Shown here: in pieces, positions 43,624 through 44,294 of the stretch
Layout: every line of letters starts with the position of its first letter
Numbering within the stretch: the stretch's first letter is position 1
Assembly: GCA_044370735.1 (NCBI GenBank)
Contig: JBILUY010000001.1
Coordinates: forward strand, 1 to 44,294
Reading direction: 5' to 3'
Length of the DNA stretch: 44,294 bases
Source: Crocinitomicaceae bacterium
GTDB lineage: Bacteria > Bacteroidota > Bacteroidia > Flavobacteriales_D > Crocinitomicaceae
Notes under the pieces: model-generated
The model's database searches: none
What the model saw: the letters and a program-made list of their open reading frames with translations, nothing else
Told to the model about the DNA's origin: nothing
Translations under genes and position numbers: made by a program

Positions 43624-44294
43624 TTAATTAGTTGAAGCTAGTTTTTGCTCCAATTCTACTATTATTTTTTTAGCTTTAAATAATTCTGCTTTTTTACCCT
43701 CTAATTCTTCATCTAGAGTTTCCATTTTCTTTTTGAAGTTTTGCGCTTTTTGTTTGTTTTTTTCTTGTTCTTGTTGAAGTGTAACCTGCATTTCCTCCAT
43801 CTTTTTGATGTTTTCGTTCATTTCAACTTCTTGTTTTTGCATTTTGTTCAACATGAAAGTCATTTCTCTTTCTTTACGGGTCATTTCTGCTTGTGTAGCC
43901 TGCATTTCTTCCATGTTTTGAAGCATTTCTTCTTCTTGTGCACGCATTTCCTCTGTTACTTGTTGGGATTGTTCTAATAAATATTTAGTACGTTCATTAG
44001 TTTTTACATTAGAAACTGTACTCGCAATCGTTTCTGATAATTTAGTAACAAACTCCATTTGGTGGGTTTCTAATGGATCGAATGATGCTATTTCAATCAC
44101 GCCATGAACTTGTTCGTTTACAATTAGGGGAACAATAAACACACAAGTTGGTGTTGCTTCTCCCATTCCTGAGGTAATGTTTACAAAATCCTGAGGAATT
44201 TCCGTAAAATATAATGGTTCTTTATCAAACCATGCTTGCCCTACTAATCCTTGTTTATAGTGAATAATTTTTTTCTCTTCTAAATAGCGTTGTT
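43624..44294 (-). CDS. C-terminal part of a paralogous GAF-coiled-coil sensor (gene runs off the right window edge)
   Basis: The track ORF starts at the internal Met at 44166, but the frame stays open to the edge. Translation of 44167..44292 gives QRYLEEKKIIHYKQGLVGQAWFDKEPLYFTEIPQDFVNITSG, colinear with QRYLEEKNIIRYKQGLVGQCWFDKEPLFFTEIPGDYVNITSG of the 40873..42945 protein. It ends in a coiled coil with no PAS. Confidence 0.8.
   Translation of the reverse strand, partial: QRYLEEKKIIHYKQGLVGQAWFDKEPLYFTEIPQDFVNITSGMGEATPTCVFIVPLIVNEQVHGVIEIASFDPLETHQMEFVTKLSETIASTVSNVKTNERTKYLLEQSQQVTEEMRAQEEEMLQNMEEMQATQAEMTRKEREMTFMLNKMQKQEVEMNENIKKMEEMQVTLQQEQEKNKQKAQNFKKKMETLDEELEGKKAELFKAKKIIVELEQKLASTN

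Noticed and set aside
1-44294. A mobile element, genomic island, defence system, CRISPR array, or tRNA/rRNA genes.
   Set aside because: I recognised no integrase, transposase, recombinase, nuclease-NTPase defence pair, direct-repeat/spacer array or tRNA-like cloverleaf in any frame or gap. The intergenic regions are short (203 nt or less).

Overview
This is an AT-rich chromosomal segment that looks Bacteroidota (Flavobacteriia-like). The signs are four ORFs ending in T9SS C-terminal sorting domains, many S-C-K-K type lipoprotein boxes, a TonB-dependent receptor paired with a DUF4249-like lipoprotein, TAnnTTTG-type -7 boxes, and no obvious Shine-Dalgarno use. I recognised no tRNA, rRNA, CRISPR array, transposase, integrase or phage gene.

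Left third (1-15.6 kb) is housekeeping and envelope genes:
- a malic enzyme gene that runs off the window edge and is missing from the ORF track
- uvrC, a ppiD-like gene, and xseA/xseB
- a TonB-dependent receptor pair and a CysQ-like phosphatase
- two paralogous outer-membrane (OM) proteins and a PGI/PMI isomerase

15.7-19.8 kb holds a SiaA/SiaB/SiaC-like partner-switch module (PP2C sensor phosphatase, GHKL kinase, DUF1987 phosphoprotein) with no diguanylate cyclase nearby.

The centre (19.9-29.5 kb) is the best candidate for an undescribed system. It is a ten-gene, single-strand, tightly coupled locus of lipoproteins and OM proteins containing:
- two MauG/MbnH-like di-haem peroxidases
- an MbnP-like lipoprotein with a WSW motif, plus a related lipoprotein lacking that motif
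- a CX4CH lipoprotein and a Met/His-rich OM barrel with a CDHTCHC motif
- a T9SS-secreted BNR propeller
- a concanavalin/polysaccharide-lyase-like lipoprotein and a small barrel

I read it as a probable copper/metal-handling 'metallo-mystery' locus with a non-canonical composition.

The right part carries a duplicated 4-Cys lipoprotein, a GT2-like gene, two large repeat-rich T9SS adhesin-like proteins, a cytochrome P460-like lipoprotein, ThrE-like and EamA transporters, and a stand-alone H-NOX gene. The H-NOX gene is flanked by two paralogous 4HB-HAMP-GAF-coiled-coil sensors that have no recognisable output domain.

All functional calls come from motif recognition by eye. No database search was run.
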